64,000 nucleotides of DNA from Oopsacas minuta (Eukaryota > Animalia > Porifera): positions 124,001-188,000 of the forward strand of contig JAKMXF010000320.1 in NCBI GenBank assembly GCA_024704765.1, given 5' to 3'. Below, in pieces: positions 34,943-47,863 of this stretch. The notes under the pieces are model-generated. The model ran no database searches. It was given only the letters and a program-made list of their open reading frames with translations, and was not told the DNA's origin. The translations under genes were made by a program, and so were the position numbers. Numbering within the stretch: position 1 is the stretch's first letter; each line of letters starts with the position of its first letter.

Positions 34943-35976
34943 ATGCCGAAAATGACCATTGGGAACGCACAGGCTATTCTAAGTAATACTCTGAAGCGGT
35001 TCTATTCCGTTACAGGGGAATCATTAGGCCTCATTTTTACTTGGAGAGGCGAACTATCCATCATTGGCAGCCAAGATTTCAAAAATTTTGTCACCAACCA
35101 TAACGTTCCAATTTGGAAATCTGTTGCCTATCCTAATATATGTACTATTTCTAAACCTTCACATGCGGAAGGAATACCTTGAATCTCATCTCTAATGAAG
35201 ATTTCGGGTGTTACAATATTGGCATGGTCAGAAAATCTCAACGCTGATTACACAAAGTCGACTGGTTTGTTAAATGTATATTTTTCAGCATTTTATTTTG
35301 TCCTATTATTAAAGTCAATAAACATTCTCTGATACACCATAAATATCTATTCATATCGTTTAGGTAAGTTCCGTGATTATTGGGGACGAACAGAGTACCA
35401 ACCTTTATGCTGGCCCATAAGTATTCCCTTCCGCGACTTAAAATTCAAGTCAAAATGCCATTTGTTAGAAATTATCAGATCTTATAGTGCCTTCTATTCT
35501 ACTGACTCTGTAGATGTTGTGACCATCTGCACTCGTGATAGATCGCCAATTATCAATAGAATAACTAAAGAGCCTAAAAATTCAGATGTAAATCGAATTT
35601 ATACTTTATAGGCTCTTTAGTTATTCTATCGATATCTATGACCACTAATTGTGAAGAACCCCAAGAACTTAGCGACCATTTTGATCTGTCTGGAGATATT
35701 GATACTACAAATGACTCATTCTTTCATTTTTCTGAACCGCAATCCGGTATCACTTCACTCTCAAACCAATCAACGCCCCTAGCTACTTCTAATCCTTCAA
35801 ACTTCTTCCCCGGTCTGTAACCCGATTCTAGTTATATCCCAAGAGATGGACAGATTCCTCATTGTAGTCTTGCAAAACTATCTGGTGCTAAACCAATTTT
35901 TCCTGTAGCTACTATCCCCTCTGAAGCTCCAGTTGTATTTCTAAGACAGGGACGGATAGTTATACAAATGAATTAA
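34943..35976 (+). pseudogene. Spliced NRF1/EWG/P3A2-like DNA-binding-domain gene with in-frame stops
   Basis: The frame from ATG 34943 reads through TGA 35180-82 to ...YTKSTG|KFRDYWGRTEYQPLCWPISIPFRDL using a 99-bp GT-AG phase-1 intron (35265-35363). Compare NRF1 KYSTGRGKPGWGKESCKPIWWPEDIPW. Another in-frame TAA at 35818-20; downstream exon structure uncertain. Confidence 0.45.
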
Positions 35977-37698
35977 CAAACACTGATCAAGTAAAGAAGG
36001 AGGGATCTGAGATGAATTTACCAGATCAGTGCAATACACAAATGCCAGATAAACAAGGAATATAAGAGTGAGACACAAGATATCTAAGTGATTTCAATGT
36101 TGTGAAACTAATTATGATAATTACATTTCTTATACATATTATTCTCCAGAGCCGAAACAAACGGAATTTATAATACAAGCCGAGAAAGAAAAAGTGGAAA
36201 TGCAGGAAGTAAAGAGGAAATTGATGCAGACTCCTGGACAACCCATTGACCTCACTTTCAGTTCTTTGTCAAAAGATCATGAAAATAATTGTAAGGATGG
36301 AGCTGCAATCTGGAAAATTATAGAGGGAGTAAAATTGCTTGAAACAGATAGGTATTCCATCAGGCAAAAAATGCTAAGTGTTCATAGCTTCCCATACAAA
36401 TGTACAGGCAAGCCAAAAAGTGGACAGGCAATTATCTGACCTGCATGACCGGCTCCGCCGGCCTTGTAAGGAATCCATTAAATGGGCTAAATATGTTTAA
36501 ACGGCCATCCTTCAGTTCGTTTAGGCGCAAGAAAATTCATCACAATAAGTCAGGGACGGATCGTGGGGTGTGGAGGCCCTTGGGCGCCAGCACAAGCATC
36601 CTTGAGGCTCCCTCCAACCACGATAGATCGTTGCTGTTCATATCTGCCGGATACTAAAAGAAATTTGAGACAGCAGGGACAATTTTACGAAAAGCTGCAT
36701 CTCTCTCTTCATTTCATATTTGGCTTTGCGTTTTGGTACAATAAATTGATAATCCGTTTTTGGAGAAAAGTACGTCTTAAGCCGAGTAAGAACTAACAAA
36801 GTTCTACTATACAGCATTTTGGTAGTACTTTTTCAAGATTTCCTGCACACTACCCTTGTAATAGAATGAATTAAATCTACGGCAGAATTTGTTGAAATTG
36901 AGGTCCTGTAACACTCTACATTGTCCAGGGACCAGATATGTCCGGCCATTAGTGGTCCTGGGTGGCTATATTTGATCCAGGGAAGACCAATTATATAACA
37001 CAAGATATCATTATACAATATTCATAACAAATCCGATCAAAATCCAATTCAGCAAGTAGATATCGATTCCAAAGACCCTATCCAACAAGCTGAGGTAGTC
37101 AGAGATCCTCACAACATCCAGGTGCAAGCTTGCCACTATTCCAAGGTAAATTTCTCCACTACAGTTCAAAGAGTGAACGAAAATACACATAATAATAGAA
37201 TACGAGCAATATCATTAACTAACTCGATCAAAAACCTGTTCAGCAACTAGATATCGCTCCCAAATACACCAACCAACAATCAGGAGGTAGGGGAACACTC
37301 AGTGCTGCCAAGTGAATTCAGAAAAATTTATGGAGATTGACCGAAAATTTACGTAGAAACTATAGTTTTTACGGAGCATTTTAAAATCCCTTAATGACCC
37401 CGAACAGGTCCTAATTTGCTTTTACAAATGCCATTAGCTAACAACTTTTTATTAATAATCATTAATAAATGTAGATATATGGACACTTTCGCGTTTGTAA
37501 ACAATCCTATCAGCATGCAACAAACTATCAAAGTACTATTTTCTATGGTCGCAGTTAGATGTTAACAAAGGTAATACAAGTACATGTAATTAGCTAGAAA
37601 TACGTAGAAATAATCTTCATACGTAGATACGTAGATAGCAGTCAAATTTATGGAGACTTGGCAGAACTAAGGAGACTAGGACTAGAAATAGTCGACTA

Positions 37699-38136
37699 TC
37701 TATATTATTAAATTGCAATTGTTGTCTGTCTGTTGTCAAGGAAAAGGATTTATGGAATGTTGCATCGAATTCGAATATCTCAATTCTGAGATGTCGCATA
37801 ACTATGTATTTATCGTATTTAGGGAGAAAGTAAACATAATTCAATCAAACTAAATATATCGAATATGCTGAATCCGATTTTCACACTCTGAATTAATCAT
37901 ATGTAAATGTATTTGTTGTTATGAATATAAAGCTAACAATTTCTAAATAGCTTAGAAACTTGTTTCAACGGTTATACCAGGGTAATCAAGTACTCTTATT
38001 CCGAATTTTCCACTTTCAAGCAGTGGCGGCGCTATTGGTCGAGCACAATTACATCACAGGTGGGGCAAGTGCCGAGTTACATGCAAACACAGAGTGTTCG
38101 CAAGTCCCGCAGCGCAAGCAAGCGAAGCGGCTCGCA
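37699..38136 (+). mobile_element. Helitron-like non-autonomous element
   Basis: A|TCTATATTATTAAA 5' end, gtctgtctgt microsatellite, core unit, degenerate 3' hairpins. Confidence 0.65.
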
Positions 38137-38169
38137 TATGTATAGATTGAAAGAAAAGTATCCATCTCA

Positions 38170-38700
38170 GGTACGACATAGCGACGAAATGTCCGTTTAC
38201 TCCGCCCTTATGTCCGGACATCACTGATGCTCCTTCGAAAGAAAACCAAGACATTGTGACAAGTTTGGTTCAAGTGGCGATCAAAGCTCCTGTAATGATG
38301 TTGATATTCCCTGAGCAATCAGATCTATCGAAATATCAACGAAAATCACTGTCCTTCCATAAATTTCATGTCATGTAGAAAACGGAATACCATTACTTCA
38401 ACCTCTTTGTGGGTCCCTGTTCTTGTAGCATCCGAGAGTATTGCATACTTACCGTAATTTATCTCACCTTTACTCATTTGAAGTGCAACAAGCTTACGGA
38501 TGCCATAAAGATTTTGTTCTGTGCCGTGGGAGAGAGCATTGTATATGCTGCTATGTCATGTGCAGACTTGACTAGTCGGTAATATCTGATAAGAAACTCA
38601 TGCAACTCAATGAAATTACCTCGATTGCTCTTTAAAAACCCTTATCATGACCCCCCTTCATCATGTCCACGTAAGGAAGATCTTGACGCACATGAATAAG
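38170..38700 (-). mobile_element. hAT (ZMYM1/DUF4371-type) transposase remnant
   Basis: Broken motifs RQDLP-RGHDE, NRGNFIEL, LSPTAQNKI, YAILSDAT, SFEGASVMSGHKGGV. Confidence 0.7.
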
Positions 38701-38926
38701 GAAAAGATCAATGACAAACTCCAGATGCCCTTAATTACCAGTTAATAACCTTCGTAGGTGAATAAAATCGTCGTTTTGATAGCTGCTTTGATATTGTACC
38801 ATACGTGGCTAGTTTTGTATTTATATATATACACACTCCCCAACCAAAGTATTGGTGCACTCTAAAAAGTCCATTAAATTTGAATTGGCTGCCAATTTCT
38901 TCATCGTATAGATTATTGTATTGTAC

Positions 38927-39205
38927 CTGTGAGAATACCTCAATTAACCGCCTTATCAAATCTTCTCTGAGTGTTGGATACAGATGTGTAATCTCCCGCA
39001 CTAGTTTAAGCACATCACAGGCGATCAGGTGGTTCTGATCTAAGACAGAATCCATCATAGAGGGGAGGATAGAGCTAGCAATCTCAGGGAACATAGAACA
39101 GCAGGTGTGTAGACATAAGATGAGGTGTCTCTTGTATTTTATATTTTCATCTTCTTGTGATTGATCTGATGTTTGAGTCAGCTCACGTCTTAGGAATGCT
39201 GATAC
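38927..39205 (-). pseudogene. COPB1: COPB1 pseudogene exon 'A' (about aa 357-449 of human beta-COP), displaced downstream of the stop-containing exon
   Basis: ttttag|GTATCA...TCACAG|gtacaa, 93 codons, phase 0/0: VSAFLRRELTQT...KYKRHLILCLHTCCSMFPEIASSILPSMMDSVLD...DVLKLVRE...LIEVFSQ. Confidence 0.85.
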
Positions 39206-41254
39206 CTAAAATCACATAGCAAACTTTCAAGGTTGAAACTGCAGGAACAGAATATCAGTCTTCGTGACTAGCGGCCTAACCGAATACTGAATACTGATAT
39301 TCGCATTTGGTTTGTACCCCAAAATTGAACTATTATCAAATATCTATAGAAATAGTGAGTATTAGCTGTGTCACTGGTAATACTTACAAAGTGATGGCGG
39401 AAAAAAGCTCCCAAAATTGTTCTCAATTAATCATGACAGGTCCTTGTATGCTTCCAAAGTATAAGCTTAAAATCAACACAATAATAATCACATAACAAGA
39501 CCTCGAAGGGAGGCGAACAGATACCCAAATGTTAAGGCCTATGTATTTAGGCATAAGTCGAAGAATAGTTTCGTTTTGGAAAATAGTCAGTTCCTCATTG
39601 CATTTAATATTTCATAGATATTGTGAATAAGAAGCATCTCTCACTCATATAATAATTATTTAGAGAACTTAAACTTAACTTACAAAGGTAATTAATTCAT
39701 CAACTAATCAGCCGTCAGATACATTCATAGAGAGACACTAGCAACTAAATGGGCAATCAGTCCCAAGTGTATGGTATATTGAATCACTGTAATAAAATTT
39801 AGAAGAATTGAACTATGGATTTTATCGATTGTTGCAACTAGTCCGAATGATAGAATTAACAGAATTAACAGAATTCAAAATATTATGTTAAAACTGTGGA
39901 TAAATATTGTTAAATCATTTCTCATAATTACGTTCTTGGTATTTCTAATGAATAATACAGGGGATTTTTATGTTTATAGTAAATCCCAGATGGTATTATG
40001 GGATACATAAGTTTCTGTTAGACTAGATACTGAATTCGCTTAGCTATGGTGCCCTTGATTAGTGATTTATTAACAAGAGCAGCACAGGCTTTATGGAAGA
40101 GTTAATACCGCAGACCTCAATTAAATTGTAAAGTAACTGAACAAAAGGAGTAGTTTCTTGGATACCGGTTGTCATGTCAGAAAAATTTAATTAAAATAGA
40201 ATTATGCGTACAAGGAATATCAAGGATCATGCTTGTGCTTGACTTGATCTGACGCAATATATGCTGTAAAACATCAAAACGTTATTAAAGTGTTGTAAAC
40301 TCCCAGTGAGGTCAAGTGGCAAATGCCTGTAAGCAGACAGTATTATATTTACAATAAGAAAAAATAAAATAACACATGAATATCATGGAATGATGGAATA
40401 TGCTATTATTGGTCTAGGCAGTCAGCTGATATCCATGACATCAAGTGTTAGCAACATGTCTTGAAAGTAACATTTGATAATACCTATTTTCCCAATGTAC
40501 ATGGTCCAAGTCCTTATTGATTATCTATGATTGTAACTCTAGAAAATGAAAATGAACGCAATTGGAGTGTGTTCCATTTTAAAGGAGCAGTTGCGGAAGT
40601 ACGATCCAATAAATTAAAAGCACTTAGTGCTCTGCCTATTCAATCCTACTGGCCGGGTCGGACCACTTTACCTTAAATCAAACCAGTGACCTGATTGCTT
40701 TAAAATTGACCCCGCTGCCCCTAAGTACACATTAGGAAAGCAGCAAAATACGTACGAATTGCAATGTTTGCTAAGACGATCAAATGAACAGAACAAATAT
40801 CATGTATATTTATGGCGAACAACACTACTAAAGTAAGGATAATATCTACCTACTGCTCCACGATATTTATCAAAGCAAAATTGTAGAATTAACTAACAGA
40901 GCCTTTGTCATGATATTATAAGATTCTTACACAGAAAGTTGCATCACGTATACTAAGGGTTGCATGAAAATAATAGTTTTTAATGGAACATGGCCTGGTT
41001 AAATTTGTTGCATACACTATTATTTGATGCAACCAATTGCATATTGTATGCCACTGTATATGTATGGTGGGATATACTCTTAATTATGACTGAAATAGTT
41101 CTCTCAATATGTATAATCTGTATTTTAGGCTAATCAACATAATGTATCACATATAAAGTAGAAGAATTAACAATAATGTATATCGCCTATTGTATCATAT
41201 CATCAGTGAGAAAACAATATTCTATTAGCAAATTATTCTACACTCTATGAGAGA

Positions 41255-42051
41255 CTAAACTGATATTTCCTTCTTCTGACTAATATTGATTTTATCTCCT
41301 AAGCTGAGTGCCATGCCTTGTGACTTAGCTCTGATTCTGACGTGTCCAGTAACAGAGACATCCTTATCTTGAGGATTCTTGAGAGATATGTTAGCAAGAG
41401 CTTCCTCTCCAAATATACTTTTGGCGTAAAGATTAGCAGAGAGGAAGTCACACTCTCCAGAGAGAGCCTTTGGAGGTGTGAGACATTTCATGCTAGTAGA
41501 TTTGACTGTGTTCTAGATAAGTTTGCATATTCTTGATTGAAAGGTTAACAGATAGTTTATTCTCCTACTCAAACTCAGTCCATTTCTTCCTGAAGTCCTC
41601 CTGCATCAGATGACCAGGCCTTATGTAGTCCATAATATCAATGTGTATGTCATTCAATACAACACAGTTCTTGTCAGAGGATGCAGTACCGACTACATCA
41701 TACACAATATTACCGAAAATAACTCCATTTGCGGTGGATGAAACTTTCACTGCTACTTTGATATTAGCGAAGTCTTGTGGAGCTAGATTTATCTGAGATG
41801 GTTTCTCGACTAGTTTCAGATCTCCATGAGTAGCTAGTTCCAACAGGATTCCTTGTAGAGTATCAGGAGTCTGGTTAACAATGAGGATGTCAAGAATGAT
41901 GTCATACTGATGTACATATACATAAGCTTCAGCGTAGATAGGATCAGAGAATCCAGTCATCTGGTAGACACGATCTAACTTGCTCTCTGATGAACTGTTA
42001 GTATCCTTTTGGTCTGAGGATCCTACTGTTTGTAGGAGACTTGTTTCGAAC
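41255..42051 (-). pseudogene. COPB1: COPB1 pseudogene terminal exon 'D'
   Basis: Acceptor ttgtag|g at 42052/42051; [20 protein letters not shown]...[16 protein letters not shown]. Lesions: TAG at the conserved Trp of EFEWENK (41565-67) and a 2-nt deletion near 41506. Confidence 0.92.
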
Positions 42052-42849
42052 CTACAAGTATATGACGCAATCATTATAACATATATGGTCATTTCAAGAT
42101 TTCGTCAGCATTATTAGAGATACGACACCAATGTATTATCAGGCCATGGGAAGAAGTCAAGAAGGTATATAGAATATATATGCAAGACGATAAATTCCTC
42201 TACAGTGCTTCCAAATTGGAGCATTTTTGTTAACAAATTTGCTTCGTAAGCATTTAGATGACTCATTTCGATTTGGGAAATAGATTGTAGGCAGCGTTTC
42301 CCACACTATTTTTGGGATTGAGGGAGCCTCTGTCGCTTATATACGTACTAAACCTTATGCATAGAGTCTTCATTTTAACTCGATTTGGGGGAACACTGAT
42401 TGTAGGTATAGTTTGCCTATTGTTAAGTATCAATAATACATACATATAGTCGGGGAAAATGCTACATTTTGATCGAAACAAAAATATTTCTCTATGTAAA
42501 CAAATAAATTAACTGAATCATCACTAGTCAATTGTTAGGCGGGGCATTGCTTTTGTATCGAATGCAGAGTCAAAAGTAATGAATAAAGCTCCCAATAGTA
42601 CTTACTCAAAATGTATGAAATGTATACACCCAGAAACGATCCAAACAAGGTAATAATTAAAGTATATACAAGGGTCACTAAGAAAGGTTTGCGACTCGGG
42701 TATAACTATTGTTTGAAGTCAATTGAAATAGTTTAGAATTTTATAATATGGAATATAATTGTACAAAGTAACCACCATTGTGGGAAATATATTTATGCAT
42801 CCGCTCAAACCACTTTTCAAAGTAAGAGGTCCAATCTTCAGGTTTTACC

Positions 42850-43440
42850 TGCTCTAAGCAGCCTCTATATGCCTCGACAGCACCCGCTGGAATGTCGAAA
42901 GTAACTCCACGTATCTGCATTTTTCATCCTCGGGAATAGATAGAAGTCGCATGGGGCAAGATCCGGTGGATATGGTGGGTGGGTGACGAGCTGAATGTCA
43001 TTCTCTACAATGGTGTATAATGTTCTTGCAGCTGTGTACGCGTTGCATCGTCATGATGCCATAGAATTGGTCTTCTAACTCGTTTTTAGTACTTACAAAG
43101 ACACTCCTGTATTAACTTTGGTACGCAACTTCGGAATACCATTCTGAGTTAACTGTTTTCGCTTAATTAATGGAATTGTAGAAACATGACCCGATTTTCG
43201 CAAAAAATGTCGCAACCATATGGTTTCCCACACTTTTTTGGTGTCTCACTTTAGTAGGATAGTCTTCCCCTGGAAATCTCCAGACAGATGGATGTTTTTT
43301 ACGCTCAGTATCATACTGGTGGATCCACGTTTCATCATCCATAACAACATGATCCAATAGTTCAGACTTTCCATTTGTTGTAAAATTTCATGATCATGAA
43401 CTTGCAACATGAATCGCTCGCTCTCTTTCAATTTCCATTA
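42850..43440 (-). mobile_element. mariner transposase remnant
   Basis: DDETWIHQYDTE, SVGNHMVATFF, HPPYPPDLAPCDFYLFPRMK, with frameshifts. Confidence 0.85.
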
Positions 43441-43644
43441 TGCTACAATTATATAGGTGTAAGATAAACTTATGAGAGTTATTACGTGATCTAAGTTATC
43501 ACACACATCTACAAATATGAATCTCACTATACGTACTGTTCAGTACTAATTGATTCTGAATACAACCTGTTCAGAAATATAATTTACAATCAGCGCCCAG
43601 ACGTTATTAATTACTCTACATTTCTCCCCATTAATGGTAGATAT

Positions 43645-44230
43645 TCATCCCACTGATCTTTCCTGTCCGTATATGTACGCAACATATCCAACAGAATACG
43701 CTTCGATTTTTCCACCAAACCATCCCCTTGGGATGATTGAACTTGTGTGAGTCTTTTTAACACCGAATGAACTACATAATTCTGAGACTAATGCACTCTC
43801 AAAGTTTCTCCCCTGATCACTATACGATTCCTTCGGAATACCAATATGGCAAAACAGCGTCATTAGGATCCCTTCTATTCTGTTTGCTCTTTGGTCCGGC
43901 ATAGGAAACGCTTCCAACCATTTGGTGAAATAGTCTTGAACGACTAAGATATACTTGTTCCCTGTGCCTTTATAGGTACCTCTAGGACATCAACTGCGAT
44001 TCTTTGCCAAGGGAGAGATAACTAAAGGAGTCTATACTGGTCTAAGTTGTTTGACGATCATACATTTATCAAATGTGCTGCAAAATTGTCTAACATTCCA
44101 TGCCATTCCAAACCAAAATGCACTATTTTTAAGTCTCTCAAACGTTTTACGCCATCCGAAATGGCCAGAACCAGGTATATCATGACTCTTATGTAAGAAA
44201 ATATTTTTCAATTTGGTAGGAACAAATTAC
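43645..44230 (-). mobile_element. Gypsy-type integrase remnant
   Basis: HDIPGSGHFGWRKTF, WQRIAVDVL, YILVVQDYFTKWLEAFP, YSDQGRNFES. Confidence 0.8.
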
Positions 44231-44304
44231 AGTTCTTCTTTCACCGAATCCATAAACTCAATTTTTACTGCAAAGAGGGTGGTTTCCATATTTAGAAATT
44301 ATCA

Positions 44305-44400
44305 TGTTTCCTTATCGACATGATGTATGAGTAAAGAATTTCATGTTTCTTTATCGACATGATGATGTATGAGTAAAGAATATCATGTTTCCTTATTATA
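44305..44400. repeat. Tandem repeat, unit about 38-41 bp, about 2.4 copies
   Basis: tcatgtttcYttatcgacatgatg(atg)tatgagtaaagaat repeated head-to-tail. Confidence 0.8.
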
Positions 44401-44559
44401 CTTGTGAGTAATGAATAATATGATTCTTACTTACAAGTTATAATTGAAAATATCAGGAATTTCACACTTGCTTATATATTTGAATCACATATATAAAGAA
44501 ACTAAAAGAAATAATAGACATTCACATTTAAAAAAAAAACAACAGGATTGCTCAAAGGA

Positions 44560-45066
44560 ATGGCTAACGTAAAAGTAAAAGTCCACTTTATCGAACAAGG
44601 AAAAGAGAGCAGAAAGAAAATTCGAGAATGCTTCAAGAGGTTACATGAAGCTCTACGACTCAGAGAGAGTAATCTCCTATCTTACCTTGATCAAAATGAA
44701 GAAGATTATATTAGCAATAATCAGGAAATAAATAAATTGCTAGAGAAGTTGAAGAAATACAAATTGATTAGTGCAGAAACACTAAGTTCAAATGAACTGG
44801 CAGACATCCATGGAAAAATAGAAGCATTGATAAATAAGAAAATCGAGGAACTAACAGCTGAGACAGACAGGTGTATTGAATTTGAATGGAACAATCAATT
44901 CGAGACTCAAATAGAACAGCTAGGGAATATTAAAAGTTTAACTGTAAAGGATTACAGGATTGCAAGAAACAAATTTAGAAAAGTATCATTCGTTTCGATA
45001 TTTTTCATTTGTCTATACTTTATAAATTATGTCATATTCCAGCGGTTCCCAACCTGGGGTCCATAG
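44560..45066 (+). CDS. Coiled-coil (TRIM BBC-like) orphan ORF nested antisense in the COPB1 pseudogene intron; may be a first exon
   Basis: IRECFKRLHEALRLRESNLL...IEFEWNNQFETQIEQLGNI. Possible donor AAA|gtatca at 44982; the ORF tail runs into a MITE. Confidence 0.45.
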   Translation: MANVKVKVHFIEQGKESRKKIRECFKRLHEALRLRESNLLSYLDQNEEDYISNNQEINKLLEKLKKYKLISAETLSSNELADIHGKIEALINKKIEELTAETDRCIEFEWNNQFETQIEQLGNIKSLTVKDYRIARNKFRKVSFVSIFFICLYFINYVIFQRFPTWGP

Positions 45067-45126
45067 GATCTCAAATTTGTATTGCAGTCTATAAGATAGG
45101 GCCTACAGAAAGGCTGGGAACCGCTG
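45040..45126. mobile_element. 87-bp hAT-type MITE
   Basis: TIR cagcggttcccaacct / aggctgggaaccgctg with 8-bp TSD tcatattc/tcctattc (7 of 8 match). Confidence 0.8.
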
Positions 45127-46630
45127 TCCTATTCTATCATTCTTATAAGATTATATCGTACAACTGTGTTAAATACTGTAACATTAGCCACGCATGTTGG
45201 TATTAACTACTATTTGTAGTTCATTGGTTATAATATTACATAACAATAATAGCTAGAGCATAGGCGGAGAATAATCGCATTTGCCAGAAAAGTAGGGGGG
45301 TCGATACTCAGCCTTCAGCCAATAGAAAATGATATAATAGATACATATTGGTATCTAGGCGGAGCTAGGGGGTTGTTGGTAACCCCCGGACAACTGTCAG
45401 CAACCCCTGGATTACTGAAGATTCACACAATTGTATATTAATGAGGTTGCTAGCTACCCCAAAGGCGAAATGCTAGTTACGCCTCTGATTGGTATTGAAT
45501 TAGAATATTCCAGTTGACATAACAAATGGTAGCTATTCAGTACTGTCATATGAGCGAATATCTTAGAGCACAAGAGAATAACGAAATATGGAGCCCCTGG
45601 GGAACTTTGAGTGTTTTTTGAGGAAATAATTAAGGAACTCCCCAGCATAAAGTTTGAGTTTGATTAGAGTTTCGTATAAAAACAACGCGTAAGCAAATTT
45701 AAAAGAAGGAAAATAAATAGTTGTATAAAAGAAGGACAACATCATAGTACTAACTTCTAACTCTAATCCCTCCTATTCAATTTTGTTGAAATCTCCAAAG
45801 GTGTGAACAGGAGAACGAATACGTATATATGTTAGGACAAATTTGCAGAATCAACAATTATGCATAATTACAGATTTTTGGTAGGAATTACAAGCGATCT
45901 CTAAGTGTAAGCGAGTGACTTAAAATCAATATCTGTAAACATTTAATATGTCCACACGGTCGATGGCATCATCATCTACTTCATAACCACGAAGATGTGT
46001 CCATGTCGTGCACAGTAGAGAATTGCTTCAATAATTGATTGAATGACTCTACCTATTCTCGAGTCTCTATTCTCTATTCTCTATTCTCTACTATGACTTG
46101 TTGAATAGCGCAAGAACTTCAATAAGCTAAATATTTGCAATACTTGCGGATGAAACTAAAGACTATGTAGTGAAAACAACAACTATCACTATGATTCCGT
46201 AACATAAATAAATCTAAAATAATTTTACTGGATATACGCATGTATCTGAATTGAATGCTGCTGCTCCTGTTGAGTACATCTTCCAAAGGATTTCGTAATT
46301 CAATTTATACTTATCAATGCGTAAGTCAGTGCTATGATGGGCATCTGTCAAAAGCCCTCTGGTCAAAGAGGAAGACAATGTTGATAAACTCTCCAATACA
46401 AGGTGTTCTCGTTCGTAATATATCTTGCTGTTGAAAATATTGTTTAAAATAATTCGTCGCTTAATATGAGAGATTTTGATCTCTGACTACTGTATGCACA
46501 AACACACATGAGCATCGGTATGGGGGGAGAGACCAAGGCACGTACCCTAGGTGCAGCTTCGTAGGGGGTGCCGGGAATGCTGGATGCTTAGGCGGGTGGT
46601 AATGGACGTGACGACCTTGTACACACTAAA

Positions 46631-46992
46631 TCTATATTATTAAAACTCAATTATTGTGTGTGTATGTTTGTGTTTGTTTGTCCGCTTTGTATTATAATAA
46701 TAGGGGAAGATAATCTGCGATATAATACAGGGAATAAGATATCCTTCTGTTGAAGATATAGGAAAAGTAAACAATTAAATTGGCTAATCGAGTATGCTGA
46801 GTCCGATTTTCACATTTTCGAATTAATCATATGTAAAATTATTTGTTGTTTTTATGAATATAAAGTAAACAAATTGTTGAAATATTAATATATTATTTCA
46901 ATTTTGCAATTTCATACGTTGCTAAATTCGAGGCACGAAGTGCCGAGTCACATGCGAACACAAAGCGTTCGCAGCCGCGAACGAGCTCGTAG
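46631..46992 (+). mobile_element. Complete Helitron-like non-autonomous element (362 bp)
   Basis: Inserted between A and T. 5' TCTATATTATTAAAA, (gttt/gtgt)n tract, core unit, hairpins ggcac-gaa-gtgcc and tgcgaac...gttcgca, 3' end gagctCGTAG|t. Confidence 0.75.
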
Positions 46993-47031
46993 TATATTAA
47001 GTGTATCTCAAATCTAGCAATAACTAATAAC

Positions 47032-47489
47032 CTGTTCTCTGCATCTAGAGCATCTCCAGTTACAAGCAATCCAAACAAAATAGTATCATCTGCATGAGTT
47101 TCACTCTCCTCCGGTATACCAGTGTCCTTCATCTTGCTTTCCTTAGACTGCTCACTGCGTAGTTCGTCTACTGCTTTTCTTGTTTTATCTAGAACGGCTA
47201 AGCCTATGGAAGGGTCAGGAGAGGATAGCAATCTCAAACATAACTACAAGTGATCTAGCTCAATGGCAGGAACTGGTTTCTTCAACAGTTTAGATCTTCC
47301 TGGTTTGAGCATTTAGGATATGATTAGCATAGCTTCTCCTTTAAGTGCATTACAACTCTGTTAGTTATTACACAAAGAAGCGTAGGTAATGGCTAGCTTA
47401 CTCAGAGCTCCAGCTAGTGAGCAGGCTAGAGTGTAGTTACCTTCTAGAAGCTTCTTGCGTAGAGTAGGAGCATCATCCTGCTTCTTAGC
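47032..47489 (-). pseudogene. COPB1: COPB1 pseudogene exon 'C'
   Basis: cctaag|GCT...AACAG|gttatt, phase 0/2: PTLRKKLLEGNY...GEAMLII...DDTILFGLL. In-frame stops at 47363 (TAA), 47315 (TAA) and 47246 (TAG). Confidence 0.88.
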
Positions 47490-47863
47490 CTTAGGGGTTA
47501 TATATATAAGATAAGCAAAGTACAGTAAGGCCTGTAATGGTCACTTAATATTAACGTTACGTAAAAATCTTTTATGATCAAATTCAAAATATTTCCCAAA
47601 GCATTGTAATAATTCAATACAAAATACACTGGAACCAACATAACCCAACACCTGTATTGTTAGGAAGACATCTATAATCAGACAGAGTTAATCTAAATCT
47701 TCCTACAATACAAATTCACCTGAATAATCTTACAATTTGCTAACCCGACACAATTTCCATATACAAGCCACCAATGATTGTCGGAATATGCATTTTCCCC
47801 ACTATATAGTATAGTAGTTATTTCCCCTTACTGTATATGCATAAGCTTGACTTAATCTAATAC

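Noticed and set aside
35180-35182. In-frame TGA as selenocysteine or readthrough in the NRF1-like gene
   Set aside because: A further in-frame TAA follows, there is no redox motif context, and no SECIS was recognised by eye. Decay is simpler.
44305-44400. Repeat array resembling CRISPR
   Set aside because: Head-to-tail units without unique spacers, eukaryotic context, no cas genes.
47246-47363. TAA/TAG in conserved COPB1 positions suggesting stop-to-Gln codon reassignment
   Set aside because: Long host ORFs have no internal TAR and end in normal TAA/TAG/TGA. The same copy also has a frameshift, a broken acceptor and a Trp-to-TAG change, so it is a pseudogene.
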